A stretch of DNA of 64,000 bases from Candidatus Saccharimonadales bacterium. Lineage in GTDB: Bacteria; Patescibacteriota; Saccharimonadia; QS-5-54-17. The stretch lies in contig JBBDUI010000002.1 in the NCBI GenBank assembly GCA_040903985.1, positions 326,038 to 390,037 on the forward strand, read 5' to 3'. Position 1 is the first letter of the stretch; each line of letters begins with the position of its first letter. The translations under genes were made by a program, and so were the position numbers. Shown here one piece after another: positions 30,428 to 39,314 of this stretch. The notes under the pieces are model-generated. The model was not told where the DNA came from and did no database searches. It saw only the letters and a list, made by a program, of their open reading frames with translations.

Positions 30428-31462
30428 CTACAACTGGCCCTTTAACTTCTCGATCGTCTCAACTCTAACTGGGTTCACGCCGTTGAGGATGCCACTGTAT
30501 ACACTGACGAAATCACCCAGCAGACAGCTCCAAAGCAACTGCTCGAGACGATTCTGTCCCTTTACTTCCACCTCGATTGGGGCCGGCATTTGTCCGGACA
30601 ACAAACGATTACTGAGGTCAAAGCGCTTCTGTACTTGCGGATGATCTAGGTGGGAGCGTAGCTCTACTATGCCAAATGGCTTCTCTACTGGGTGAGAGGT
30701 CCAGCCGATAAACTCATTGTGGTTAAACTCCGGTAGCTCATTCCAGCTAGCTACACTCTTCGCGTTCTCGTTAAAATCAATCTTCCATTTGTAAGCTGCG
30801 CTAGCCAGGCTGGCACTGGCATAGATCCAAACCGCCTTGCCCATCAGCTGCTCCGCTATTTGTTTAGCATAGTTGCTATCGGTCGGCACACTAAGCTCCC
30901 ACGCTTTCGCCGCGGAACGCAGTAGGCCTTCGGCTTGCTGTAGTTCATTAGTTGCATCCTCCACTAGCTTTAACGCCTCGAAGAGTGTGGCTAGTGACTT
31001 AACTCCGTACCAGACCGCCATGCGTGGCTGATAGCCAGTCGGCAGTTCGATAAAGGTCGAGTTATCAGCCTGGGCTAAGTCGCGAAGCTCTCCCCCGCTA
31101 GCCATGACTATGATCTGCGCCTGTATACGCTTAGCCTCGATGAAACAACTCAATACCTCTTCGGTATTTCCGGAGTAGCTAGCGCAGATGATTAAGGTCC
31201 GATCATTCGCATAAGCCGGGAGCTTATAATCTCGAATGACTATGAACGGCACTGCCAGGCGATCACTCCACCAGTTCTGGCAAAGGGCAGCGGCCAGAGC
31301 GGAGCCCCCCATACCGACGAAGACCACTTGATCGATCTTATCCTTATCAATTGCCTCAAGTGTTAATGCCGGTGTATAGCTTAGCTGCTCCGGCTGGGTC
31401 GCGGTAACTGCTAAGGCATTATCTGCATCGATTCGTCGCACATAGTGTTCGTCGTCTAGCAT
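30428..31462 (-). CDS. Bifunctional phosphoglucose/phosphomannose isomerase (SIS domain)
   Basis: SIS motifs VVFVGMGGSALAA and LIICASYSGNTEEVL. The size and C-terminal domain resemble archaeal-type PGI/PMI. Confidence 0.7.
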   Translation of the reverse strand: MLDDEHYVRRIDADNALAVTATQPEQLSYTPALTLEAIDKDKIDQVVFVGMGGSALAAALCQNWWSDRLAVPFIVIRDYKLPAYANDRTLIICASYSGNTEEVLSCFIEAKRIQAQIIVMASGGELRDLAQADNSTFIELPTGYQPRMAVWYGVKSLATLFEALKLVEDATNELQQAEGLLRSAAKAWELSVPTDSNYAKQIAEQLMGKAVWIYASASLASAAYKWKIDFNENAKSVASWNELPEFNHNEFIGWTSHPVEKPFGIVELRSHLDHPQVQKRFDLSNRLLSGQMPAPIEVEVKGQNRLEQLLWSCLLGDFVSVYSGILNGVNPVRVETIEKLKGQL

Positions 31463-31517
31463 GTTAGCGTTTCCATTTAGGATTTACCCTAGTATAACGG
31501 GTTTAGAAAATTGACGC

Positions 31518-31538
31518 GACCGCCAGTGACTGGCGGTC
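31518..31538 (-). terminator. Putative terminator hairpin downstream of ORF 31577-31840
   Basis: GACCGCCAG-UGA-CUGGCGGUC, with a U-rich tract 7 nt further on the minus strand. Confidence 0.4.
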
Positions 31539-31576
31539 GTTTGATCGTCTAAATTATAAATTGTTTGATCTAGCTT

Positions 31577-31840
31577 CTACTCAGTAGTATGGCGAATCGC
31601 GATACGGCCAGCTGGATACTGAACATGCTGGCGGGCCTCTTCATGTTGCTTAGCGTCGGCCTTGGCCTCCATGGCTGTAAGTCGGGCCAATCGCACTTCG
31701 CGAGCCTCGCCCCAATGTTCCGCTGAGGCAGCGGCATGGACAGGTTCGACTAAATTACTACTTTCAAATACTCGAGTTGTCATAGTTGATTTATATTTAT
31801 TTAATTGTATTTTATCTAAGAGTTCGACCGACCATCGCAA
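31577..31840 (-). CDS. Hypothetical small protein
   Basis: 87 aa ORF with no motif. May be spurious. Confidence 0.3.
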   Translation of the reverse strand: MRWSVELLDKIQLNKYKSTMTTRVFESSNLVEPVHAAASAEHWGEAREVRLARLTAMEAKADAKQHEEARQHVQYPAGRIAIRHTTE

Positions 31841-31913
31841 AACGACAGTAATTACCCTTACCTACATCAAACTCTTATGGTTAAGGTTTGTCAATAAAGC
31901 TATACACTATACT

Positions 31914-32432
31914 TTAGCCGTCTGCACCTTCTACGCCATCAGCCGCTGGTTCCCACTTAATCTGAGTATAAAAAGCCTCATACTGCCGATCATCACTACT
32001 GAAACTAATTAACGGAACAGGAATAGCAGTATGTGGCTTAGGGAGGACCATACTTACGCCCACCACTGAGAGGATCGCGGTCTCTAGCTCTACCACTTTA
32101 GCCTGATCACGCTGCGTAACTTCTGCTAGCGTACCCCTCACTATTACCCTAGGAGGCAATAGAGACTCAATTAGCTCTTGAGTATCCTGACTGGCATGCA
32201 TGAGCTGCTCCTGTGATATTTCTAATTGACGCTTTAGGTGCCGCACATGAGAAAGACCTTCCCCGTAGCGGCTAAGTTCTCCTTGGTAGATTCTGCTGTC
32301 GTACGCCACCTGCGCGCGCCAGGATGCCAGATGGGCTAACTGGTAGCCGATAATCGCATGAGGATCTTCTATCTTACGGGGTCGGGTCTCCATGAGCCTA
32401 TTCTCTACCGCTAGTAGTGCACATGCAAGCAC
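31914..32432 (-). CDS. Hypothetical protein
   Basis: 172 aa. Likely true start at METRPRK (32393). Confidence 0.4.
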   Translation of the reverse strand: MLACALLAVENRLMETRPRKIEDPHAIIGYQLAHLASWRAQVAYDSRIYQGELSRYGEGLSHVRHLKRQLEISQEQLMHASQDTQELIESLLPPRVIVRGTLAEVTQRDQAKVVELETAILSVVGVSMVLPKPHTAIPVPLISFSSDDRQYEAFYTQIKWEPAADGVEGADG

Positions 32433-32510
32433 AAGTGATTACGCTAAACACCCCGACAGTTTATCGCCGGGGTGTTTAAAAGGTGCTTTGAGGACAGGGG
32501 CGCCGAGCGC

Positions 32511-34175
32511 CTACATCATGCCCATGCCACCGGGCATACCGCCACCCATACCACCTGCTGCGCTACCTTCATCTTTTTCCGGAATATCAACGATCAGCGC
32601 GCCCATTGTCATGGCCGTACCGGCCACTGAAGCTGCGTTCTGCACTGCCTCACGAGTTACCTTAGCCGGATCGATGATACCGGCCTTAATTAGATCCTGA
32701 ATCTTAGCCGGATCGTTCACATCAAACCCCTGACCCGGTTTAGCCTTCAGTACTTCCGGTAACTTCTCATCCGGGTTGACCCCAGCGTTAGCCATCAAGT
32801 GTCGGAAGGGTTGCTGCAGGGCGTTCTTGAGGATTAACCAACCAGCACCCTCAGAATCTGCTACCTTGTGATCGTCGAGATCGATTTTCTTTGCTAGATC
32901 TACAAATGTAACCGCACCACCAGCTACGATACCTTCAGCCACGGCTGCCTTAGTGGCCGCCACTGCATCATCGACACGAAACTTCTTCTCCTCGATCTCG
33001 GTCTCAGTCGCACCGCCGACACGGATGACAGCTACCTTACCGGTAAGAGCAGCTAATCGCTTCTCTAGATTTTCTTTCTCATACTCACTAGGTACGTTTT
33101 CAATCTGACCGCGAATCTGCTGCATGCGGGCCTCGACCTCACTCGGGTCGCCACCGCCCTCAATGATGGTGGTGTTGTCCTTGTCCGAAATGATCTTCCG
33201 AGCCGTTCCTAGCATATCTAGATCGGCCGTCTCGAAACTGTAACCACGCTCCTCGCTGATCACGGTAGCCCCAGTTAAGGCGGCGATGTCCTCTAGGATT
33301 GCCTTGCGACGATCACCGAATGCTGGCGCTTTAATAGCGAGAGCGTTGAAGACACCCTTTAGCTTGTTCAGCACCAAGGTAGCTAAAGCCTCACCTTCCA
33401 GCTCCTCAGCGATGATAACTAGATCTTTCTTACCGGCTTGAGCAGCTTTTTCCAGAATCGGCAGAATCTCCTGTACACTAGCGATCTTCTTATCAGTTAT
33501 CAAAATAGCTGGCTTATCATATACCGCCTCCATCCGAGCCGGGTCGGTCACCATGTAGGGACTCACGAAACCACGATCGATAGTGAAGCCTTCCACGACC
33601 TCACTCTCAAGCTCTAGACCCTGGCTTTCTTCCACGGTTACGACACCGTCTTTACCGATTTGCTCAATCACATTGGCAATCATCTTACCAATCTCCTCTG
33701 AGCCAGCTGAAATAGTAGCTACCTCGGCGATACGTTCTTTCTTCTCGCCGATCTGCTCAGTCAAATTAGTGATCTCTCCTAAGACATGAGCCGTTGCCGC
33801 ATCGAGACCTTTGCGTAAATCCATTGGATTGTGCCCAGCTGCGATTAAACGGTTAGCCTCACTGAGAATGTGGTAAGTCAGCACCGTTACTGAAGTAGTA
33901 CCGTCTCCGGCCACATCGTTCATCTTAGTAGCAGCCTGCTTGACTAGCTCGGCACCGACACTCTGACCGAGTGTTTCATCATCTTCGCTCGGCAGCTCGA
34001 CTCCCTTAGCTACAGTCACCCCGTCGTGAGTGATGGTCGGACTACCATAGCCCTTCTCGATCATCACATTACGACCCTTCGGCCCCATCGTTACCTTAAC
34101 TGCATTATATAAAGCCTCGGCTCCTTCGAGAATGCGCTTTCGGGCCTCATCGTCATAAAAAATTTTCTTTGCCAT
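32511..34175 (-). CDS. groL: Chaperonin GroEL
   Basis: MAKKIFYDDEARKRILEGAEALYNAVKVTMGPKGRNVMIEK and the C-terminal GGM repeat. Confidence 0.95.
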   Translation of the reverse strand: MAKKIFYDDEARKRILEGAEALYNAVKVTMGPKGRNVMIEKGYGSPTITHDGVTVAKGVELPSEDDETLGQSVGAELVKQAATKMNDVAGDGTTSVTVLTYHILSEANRLIAAGHNPMDLRKGLDAATAHVLGEITNLTEQIGEKKERIAEVATISAGSEEIGKMIANVIEQIGKDGVVTVEESQGLELESEVVEGFTIDRGFVSPYMVTDPARMEAVYDKPAILITDKKIASVQEILPILEKAAQAGKKDLVIIAEELEGEALATLVLNKLKGVFNALAIKAPAFGDRRKAILEDIAALTGATVISEERGYSFETADLDMLGTARKIISDKDNTTIIEGGGDPSEVEARMQQIRGQIENVPSEYEKENLEKRLAALTGKVAVIRVGGATETEIEEKKFRVDDAVAATKAAVAEGIVAGGAVTFVDLAKKIDLDDHKVADSEGAGWLILKNALQQPFRHLMANAGVNPDEKLPEVLKAKPGQGFDVNDPAKIQDLIKAGIIDPAKVTREAVQNAASVAGTAMTMGALIVDIPEKDEGSAAGGMGGGMPGGMGMM

Positions 34176-34197
34176 TACTATCTCCTTATTGCTTTAG

Positions 34198-34461
34198 CTA
34201 CTTTACGATTCCCAGTACATCCTCTTCCTTGAGGATCATGTATTCATTGGACTCTACCTTAATCTCGGTCGTACCGAATTTCGGGTAGATGATGGTATCG
34301 CCTTTTTTCACCTCACTGACGTCTTTACCAACGGCCACGACTTTAGCTAGTTGTGGCTTTTCCTTGGCATCTTGCGGTAGATAGAACCCCGACTCGGTCT
34401 TATCACTAGCTTGAATCGGCTCAGCAACGATGCGGTCGGCTAACGGCTGAATCTTACTCAT
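34198..34461 (-). CDS. groS: Co-chaperonin GroES
   Basis: 87 aa: IQPLADRIVAEPIQASDKTESGFYLP...GDTIIYPKFGTTEIKV. Confidence 0.9.
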   Translation of the reverse strand: MSKIQPLADRIVAEPIQASDKTESGFYLPQDAKEKPQLAKVVAVGKDVSEVKKGDTIIYPKFGTTEIKVESNEYMILKEEDVLGIVK

Positions 34462-34591
34462 CTCTCCTCCTTTACCCTGCGCTTGTTGCAGGGTTTACCT
34501 TGGTAGCGCACAATATCACTCTCGAACACATCAACGAGTGCTAATTAGACACTACCAAGTATTATTAATAAATTAACCTAATGTAAATTAT

Positions 34592-34618
34592 TTAGCACTC
34601 TTATATTTAGAGTGCTAG
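34592..34618. promoter_or_regulatory. CIRCE operator (HrcA binding site) upstream of groES-groEL
   Basis: TTAGCACTC-N9-GAGTGCTAg, which is the consensus TTAGCACTC-N9-GAGTGCTAA with one mismatch. It lies 131 nt upstream of the groES start. Confidence 0.8.
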
Positions 34619-34701
34619 TACATCTTAATAGTAGCGAATCGCCGAGAAGGGTGTCAAGTAGCAAAGGTAGATAAATCGCTTACTCGGCAAAGGCGATCGC
34701 G

Positions 34702-35163
34702 CTATTGTGAGGCTAGCCCAGCCGCTTCATTAAGTTTCTGCGAACAGTACATAATCTTTATAACCTCATCCTGGGGTTCGACTGGAATCTCACTATTAAG
34801 ATCGGGAGTAAAGAGTTTTACCGTTACTCGGCCAGTATCGCACATCTCTAGAACTAACCTACCGTCTTGCCGTGAACTAGCATAATCCATATACACATAG
34901 ACCGACTCTACCCCGTCTTCATACTGGCGCTCCTCAACTTCCGCTACTCCTTTGACCAACGGTATCTCAGCCCGTTTACCTGCATAGGGCTGATAGCTTT
35001 TATTCTCATCGTCTAGGCGTACTGCGTCGGCGTTATGCTGCTGAAATGGAAAGGTCTCCTCTACTCTTATCAGGCTATCTTTTATGAAACCGGTAGTAGG
35101 CATATAGTCTTTGGCAGCAAAGTTAGGGTTACCATTGGGAGTTGATGCGCCTTCAAATGACAT
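34702..35163 (-). CDS. Hypothetical protein
   Basis: 153 aa soluble ORF with no recognisable motif. Confidence 0.45.
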   Translation of the reverse strand: MSFEGASTPNGNPNFAAKDYMPTTGFIKDSLIRVEETFPFQQHNADAVRLDDENKSYQPYAGKRAEIPLVKGVAEVEERQYEDGVESVYVYMDYASSRQDGRLVLEMCDTGRVTVKLFTPDLNSEIPVEPQDEVIKIMYCSQKLNEAAGLASQ

Positions 35164-35231
35164 ACTATTTATTCCTGTTTAAGTAAGATTGACTTATTTC
35201 ATACTTTAGCATAAGTTTGATTAAAAATCAA

Positions 35232-36590
35232 CTAGCTGTCCTGACCAATAAGAGAGGTGAGACGGCCAACTAGCTCGTCTACCTGATCTTGATCACGAGC
35301 CTCTATATTGAGACGGAGAAGCGGCTCCGTATTACTGGCTCGGACATTAAACCACTTATCTTTGTAGTTCACGCTCAGCCCGTCCAGTTCATCCTGCTCT
35401 CCATCATTAAAAGCCGTCTTAATACGCGCGATAACGGTTTCCTTATCAGCCACTTCGAAGTTAATCTCTCCCGACTGAACATAGGAAGTACGAAAACGAT
35501 TAGCCAACTCACTTAAGCTACCTCCCGCTTCGCTTAAGACGCTCATAGCCACTAAAGCGGCAATGAGCCCAGAGTCGGCCGACCAGTTATCCCGGAAATA
35601 GTAGTGCGCCGAGTGTTCACCGCCGAATGGCGCATCATACTCCCGCATGGCTGCCTTGATATAGGAATGGCCTACCTTGGTCCGGACCGGTATACCCCCA
35701 TTCTCGCGGATAGTTTGATCCACTACCCGAGAGCAGATGGCGTTATACAGAATTGTGCTGCCCGGATGCTCATCTAAAAAATGCTCGGCCAGAATAGCCG
35801 CCGTTACACTACCAGATACAGTCTGACCTGTCTCATCTATAAGCACTACCCGGTCTCCATCACCATCAAAAGCGAGGCCTAGATCTAGACCGTTCTCGAC
35901 TACTGTCCGCTTCAACACTTCCAGCGTCTCTTCTTTGAGCGGATTGGCCTCGTGATTTGGAAACGTCCCATCCAACTCAAAATAAAGCGGTGTGATCTCT
36001 AACGGCGTCTTACCAATAAGGTGCGGAATGACGGCCCCGGCCATGCCGTTACCGGCATCGACGGCGACTCGGAACGGCTTGAGCTCGCCTGTAAAGCTAA
36101 GGGCATGCTCGACCCATGCTTTCATAATGTTAGCCTCAGCTATCGTACCTGGCGAGCACTGGGGAAATTCGCCTAATTCTACCGCCCGCTTTATATCAAG
36201 CAGACCCGTATCGACCCCCACCGGGCGAGCCTCTTCGCGACAGATCTTCATACCGTTGTATTTGCCCGGGTTATGACTGGCTGTTACAACTACCCCACCA
36301 GCCGCTCGCAGGTGCCCTACCGCGAAATAGAGCATGTCACTTGCTACCAGCCCCACGCTGATCACATCTCTACCCTGTGTCTTTATGCCGGTAATAACCG
36401 CTTGAGCTAAAGCTTTCGAATCACTCCGCATATCGTGTCCGACTATCAGCGGTTGCGAGTTAGTTTCGGGGGATTTATCAGTTAAAAACTCGGCAAAAGC
36501 GCGACCGATCCGAGTGGCGACCGCTTCATTCAACTCATCGGGGACTAGACCCCGGATATCATAAGCTTTAAATATCGCATCCAGACTCAT
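35232..36590 (-). CDS. Phosphomannomutase/phosphoglucomutase (alpha-D-phosphohexomutase)
   Basis: Active-site loop VVVTASHNPGKYNGMKI. Start set at MSLDAIFKAYDIRG (36590), which has a GGAG RBS 7 nt upstream. The tracked ORF begins 13 codons earlier. Confidence 0.85.
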   Translation of the reverse strand: MSLDAIFKAYDIRGLVPDELNEAVATRIGRAFAEFLTDKSPETNSQPLIVGHDMRSDSKALAQAVITGIKTQGRDVISVGLVASDMLYFAVGHLRAAGGVVVTASHNPGKYNGMKICREEARPVGVDTGLLDIKRAVELGEFPQCSPGTIAEANIMKAWVEHALSFTGELKPFRVAVDAGNGMAGAVIPHLIGKTPLEITPLYFELDGTFPNHEANPLKEETLEVLKRTVVENGLDLGLAFDGDGDRVVLIDETGQTVSGSVTAAILAEHFLDEHPGSTILYNAICSRVVDQTIRENGGIPVRTKVGHSYIKAAMREYDAPFGGEHSAHYYFRDNWSADSGLIAALVAMSVLSEAGGSLSELANRFRTSYVQSGEINFEVADKETVIARIKTAFNDGEQDELDGLSVNYKDKWFNVRASNTEPLLRLNIEARDQDQVDELVGRLTSLIGQDS

Positions 36591-36639
36591 CGATAGCTCC
36601 TGCTTACTACATGATTGACAATACCACAATTGCTACGAT

Positions 36640-37150
36640 TAAATACTCTGGTTGGGGAAAGTCTCCAGCACCTTACCATTGGGGTAAACAGATGCAACGC
36701 CCGACAGACTCGCAATACGAGCTACACAGCACGCACAAGCTCCCGAACGGTCGGTGCAAAGTCCTTTTCCGCCACTCCGGCGGAGGGCTCAATAGCGCCA
36801 CCCTCAGGGGGCTAGCCTCGCAAGCTGACGGCAGCACCATAGCTCGAGTCGATATCGGCCCCAACCAGGGTCGGTTCGTTAAGATCTTCCTCCACGACGG
36901 AAAGAAGATCATCGACTTCGCGCCAGCCGTACCGGCTCCAGAGCCGGAGCTCGTCAAGGCCCGATAGGGCTGATACTGCGATCCTGTGACACACGTGATC
37001 ACGGGATCAACTGCGAGACTGGGGTGACTTCCCTGCGCTGACGTCGGTGTAAACCGAAATTAGCGCGCCCCACGGCCCGAGCGGATTCCTTGTTGCGGAC
37101 GCGCTGCGTCCACGAACCCAACAGGATCCGCTCGGGCCATCTCTCTTTCA
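36640..37150 (+). other. GC-rich non-coding island A (~510 bp); candidate structured RNA or foreign DNA fragment
   Basis: About 60-65% GC against ~50% background. Six-frame ORFs here overlap on both strands and lack RBSs. Many hairpins. Ends with a ~30 bp imperfect inverted repeat (37070-37135) followed by a UCUCUCUUUC tract on the plus strand. A possible promoter TTGACA-17-(a)TTAAAT lies at 36614-36646. Confidence 0.35.
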
Positions 37151-37385
37151 TTAGAACGCTAATTATGTTATAAATACATTCCTTATGAATCCTAATAGAC
37201 TCCCTGCCGACTCCACCAACGAATCCGCGCTCCAAACAGCGCGAATTGAAGGTGTACTTGAACAAACCCTCCCACCCCAGGAGGGAGACCAATCGATAGA
37301 GAATAGAGAAGCAATGCTGCGCCAAGATATTCAGAGACTTTCTCAAGTTGCAGTTAAACAGGTTACGAGCAGAACAGAAGAGTAG

Positions 37386-38510
37386 CTACAAGCTAGAGAT
37401 ACTAGAGGCAGCTAGCTCCTTTACCTCTCCTGCTACCTGGCGGCGCTCACTTTTTCCCTCGCGCAGGATATTACTTCCCTCTATCTCGTACGCCACCCGC
37501 GTGGCAACAAGTTCATGCTCAATGCTGCGCCGTAAATTATTGGAATTGGCACTTACTACCAGAACTCTCTCATCATACTGTCCGGATACCTCAGAATCTT
37601 TATAAGCCTTGAGTTGTATCGGTACGCTAACATCGTCACGACTCGCCACCGCATCAAATGCCTGATTTTTAAGCCCGTGCCGCTTGAATCCGTCATGAGG
37701 ACGGTCCTGACGCGGAAAGCTTGAAGATATATCTATATCGTCACCTTGATGAGCCTCCCAGAGCAGACGGCGAACTGCAATCTGGTAGTACTCTTCCCAC
37801 ATGAAGCCAGTAGACACACCCTCCGTTATAACAGCCTGAATCCGTCGGATCTGATTAAGCTGAGAGTGCACAAATGCCTGCTGATATTTTTTAGCACTCA
37901 TCTCTGGTTGGTGTGTTAATAAGTAGAATTCTATATCACTTAAGTACTGATGAGCCTCTTCCTTGTAGTGGGCTGACCAAGAAACGTCACTATTAACGAT
38001 GCTGCTATACACGTCGTGCGCGGATCGAAGCAATATATCTCTGACTTGAGGGTTACGGTGCTGCAGTCCCATTTCATGTATACAGCAGCCAGCAAGTAGC
38101 TTGCCTTCTGATGGTGGTCGTTCTAGTGCCTTCTCTTTTACGAACGACAGGAATTCGGTGGGGTTGTCAGGATCCTGCTTTAAGTCCTCATCACCTAGAA
38201 AGATCAATACTAATCGAGCTAGTTCACCACCGGCCTCTTCCATAGCGTTAAAGCTACCATATGACAGATATAGTTCACGAGCAGCGCCAGTTCGACTAGC
38301 GAACGGGCGCGGTGTTTCATGAACAGTGAGAACGCTATGTCTAAGCGCCTGTAGGCGATCCTGATTTACTTCACATTCCTCTCTAGCTTCCGGGTATTCA
38401 GCGGCCATTTCTGCCCAATGATTTAGATACGGTGGTAGGGCAGGGTCGATCTCAAGCCTGGTGCTATCCTCGAGTACCCTAGATTGAGATGTTTCGTACA
38501 TATTTGTCAT
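37386..38510 (-). CDS. Hypothetical protein (374 aa, acidic, no recognisable domain)
   Basis: Long ORF with no TM helices or known motifs. Confidence 0.5.
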   Translation of the reverse strand: MTNMYETSQSRVLEDSTRLEIDPALPPYLNHWAEMAAEYPEAREECEVNQDRLQALRHSVLTVHETPRPFASRTGAARELYLSYGSFNAMEEAGGELARLVLIFLGDEDLKQDPDNPTEFLSFVKEKALERPPSEGKLLAGCCIHEMGLQHRNPQVRDILLRSAHDVYSSIVNSDVSWSAHYKEEAHQYLSDIEFYLLTHQPEMSAKKYQQAFVHSQLNQIRRIQAVITEGVSTGFMWEEYYQIAVRRLLWEAHQGDDIDISSSFPRQDRPHDGFKRHGLKNQAFDAVASRDDVSVPIQLKAYKDSEVSGQYDERVLVVSANSNNLRRSIEHELVATRVAYEIEGSNILREGKSERRQVAGEVKELAASSISSL

Positions 38511-38589
38511 GTTTGTTTTTATCGTATACTAACTTTATATACATTAGCATATTATTGCTAAATAATCAACTACTTGGTCTGCTTGCAGG

Positions 38590-38990
38590 AGACTACCCCT
38601 CGTGCTTAAATAGCCGTATCACGGTGGAAATCGTGTGAACTTAGAGAAGGAGAGCGCTGCATGGACAAGGTAAACCCGTACGCTCGTAGAGCCGGTATCC
38701 ATGCCCTACGACACGGCGACGCCGGGCAAAACGGCAGCCATGGCAAAGGTGATGATGCCGGCGGGTCCAAGCCCGCCCAACACATCACCCATAACCAACC
38801 GATGGCCAATCGGCCGCAGCCATACGGCAAGTAATGGCTTCTACGTGTCGCCCCGAACGAGCTGGCCGCATGAATGTGGCACAACAGACGTTCGTTCGGG
38901 GCAGAGCTATTAGCGATGGGCTGGACTTACCTTCAGGCTGTACACTTACCCCGCCACTCTCCTTCTCGTTTCTTTTCTTTCTTTGTATTA
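38590..38990 (+). other. GC-rich non-coding island B (~350-400 bp); candidate structured RNA / long 5' leader
   Basis: GC-rich with overlapping spurious ORFs on both strands. Hairpins include GCCCCGAACGA...UCGUUCGGGGC (11 bp stem), GGCGGG-UCCAA-GCCCGCC and GCCAU...AUGGC. Ends in a pyrimidine tract CUCUCCUUCUCGUUUCUUUUCUUUCUUUG. An extended -10 candidate TGCTTAAAT lies at ~38633. Confidence 0.3.
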
Positions 38991-39077
38991 AGCCAGATCT
39001 AAATTTAATACCGACTAACCACCTTTGTCCTTGTCGGTGTTTCAGCGTATTGTAGTGGCAATACGAGGTTTACCACG

Positions 39078-39314
39078 GTGAGCATAGAGCGATTTCGACA
39101 AAAGCAACTCAGCAGCAAAGAGGCATCTGAAGCACTCGATGAAACGGATGATAACCAGAGTGAAGCTGAGCACCTAGACATCTTCCAAGAGGCTATCATG
39201 CAGGCACTGCCGGCCAGCGTTACAGTACATTTCTTAGCGGACGGAACACGCGTATTTGAGATCGAAACCAACCCCCCAGGAACTATGCTGCCAGTCGATC
39301 ATGAAACGGATTGA
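39078..39314 (+). CDS. Hypothetical small acidic protein
   Basis: 78 aa ORF immediately downstream of island B. Its 3' end overlaps the convergent gene by 32 nt. Confidence 0.3.
   Translation: MSIERFRQKQLSSKEASEALDETDDNQSEAEHLDIFQEAIMQALPASVTVHFLADGTRVFEIETNPPGTMLPVDHETD

Noticed and set aside
36591-36629. 13-codon N-terminal extension of the phosphomannomutase ORF (MWYCQSCSKQELS)
   Set aside because: The internal ATG at 36590 has a GGAG RBS at proper spacing and the homology starts there. The extension is unlikely to be translated.
36611-37002. Tracked ORFs 36611-36967(+), 36615-36815(+), 36673-37002(-) and 36812-36994(-) inside GC-rich island A
   Set aside because: They overlap each other on both strands, lack RBSs and recognisable motifs, and are what a GC-rich non-coding segment produces by chance. 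I treated the region as non-coding, but a decayed foreign gene cannot be excluded without BLASTX.
36630-37160. Identification of the GC-rich islands as RNase P RNA, tmRNA or SRP RNA
   Set aside because: I searched both strands for the P4/CR-I (GGAAAGUCCGGGC) and CR-V (ACAGAACCCGGCU) cores, for tmRNA 5' GGGG...UUCGAC and 3' GGUUCGA(A/C)UCC...CCACCA ends, and for the SRP domain IV GGAAGGAAGCAGC core. None is present.
38606-39055. Tracked ORFs 38606-38884(-), 38701-38913(+) and 38834-39055(+) inside GC-rich island B
   Set aside because: Same reasoning: mutually overlapping, Pro/Gly/Ala/Arg-rich translations typical of random GC-rich DNA, and no start-site signals.
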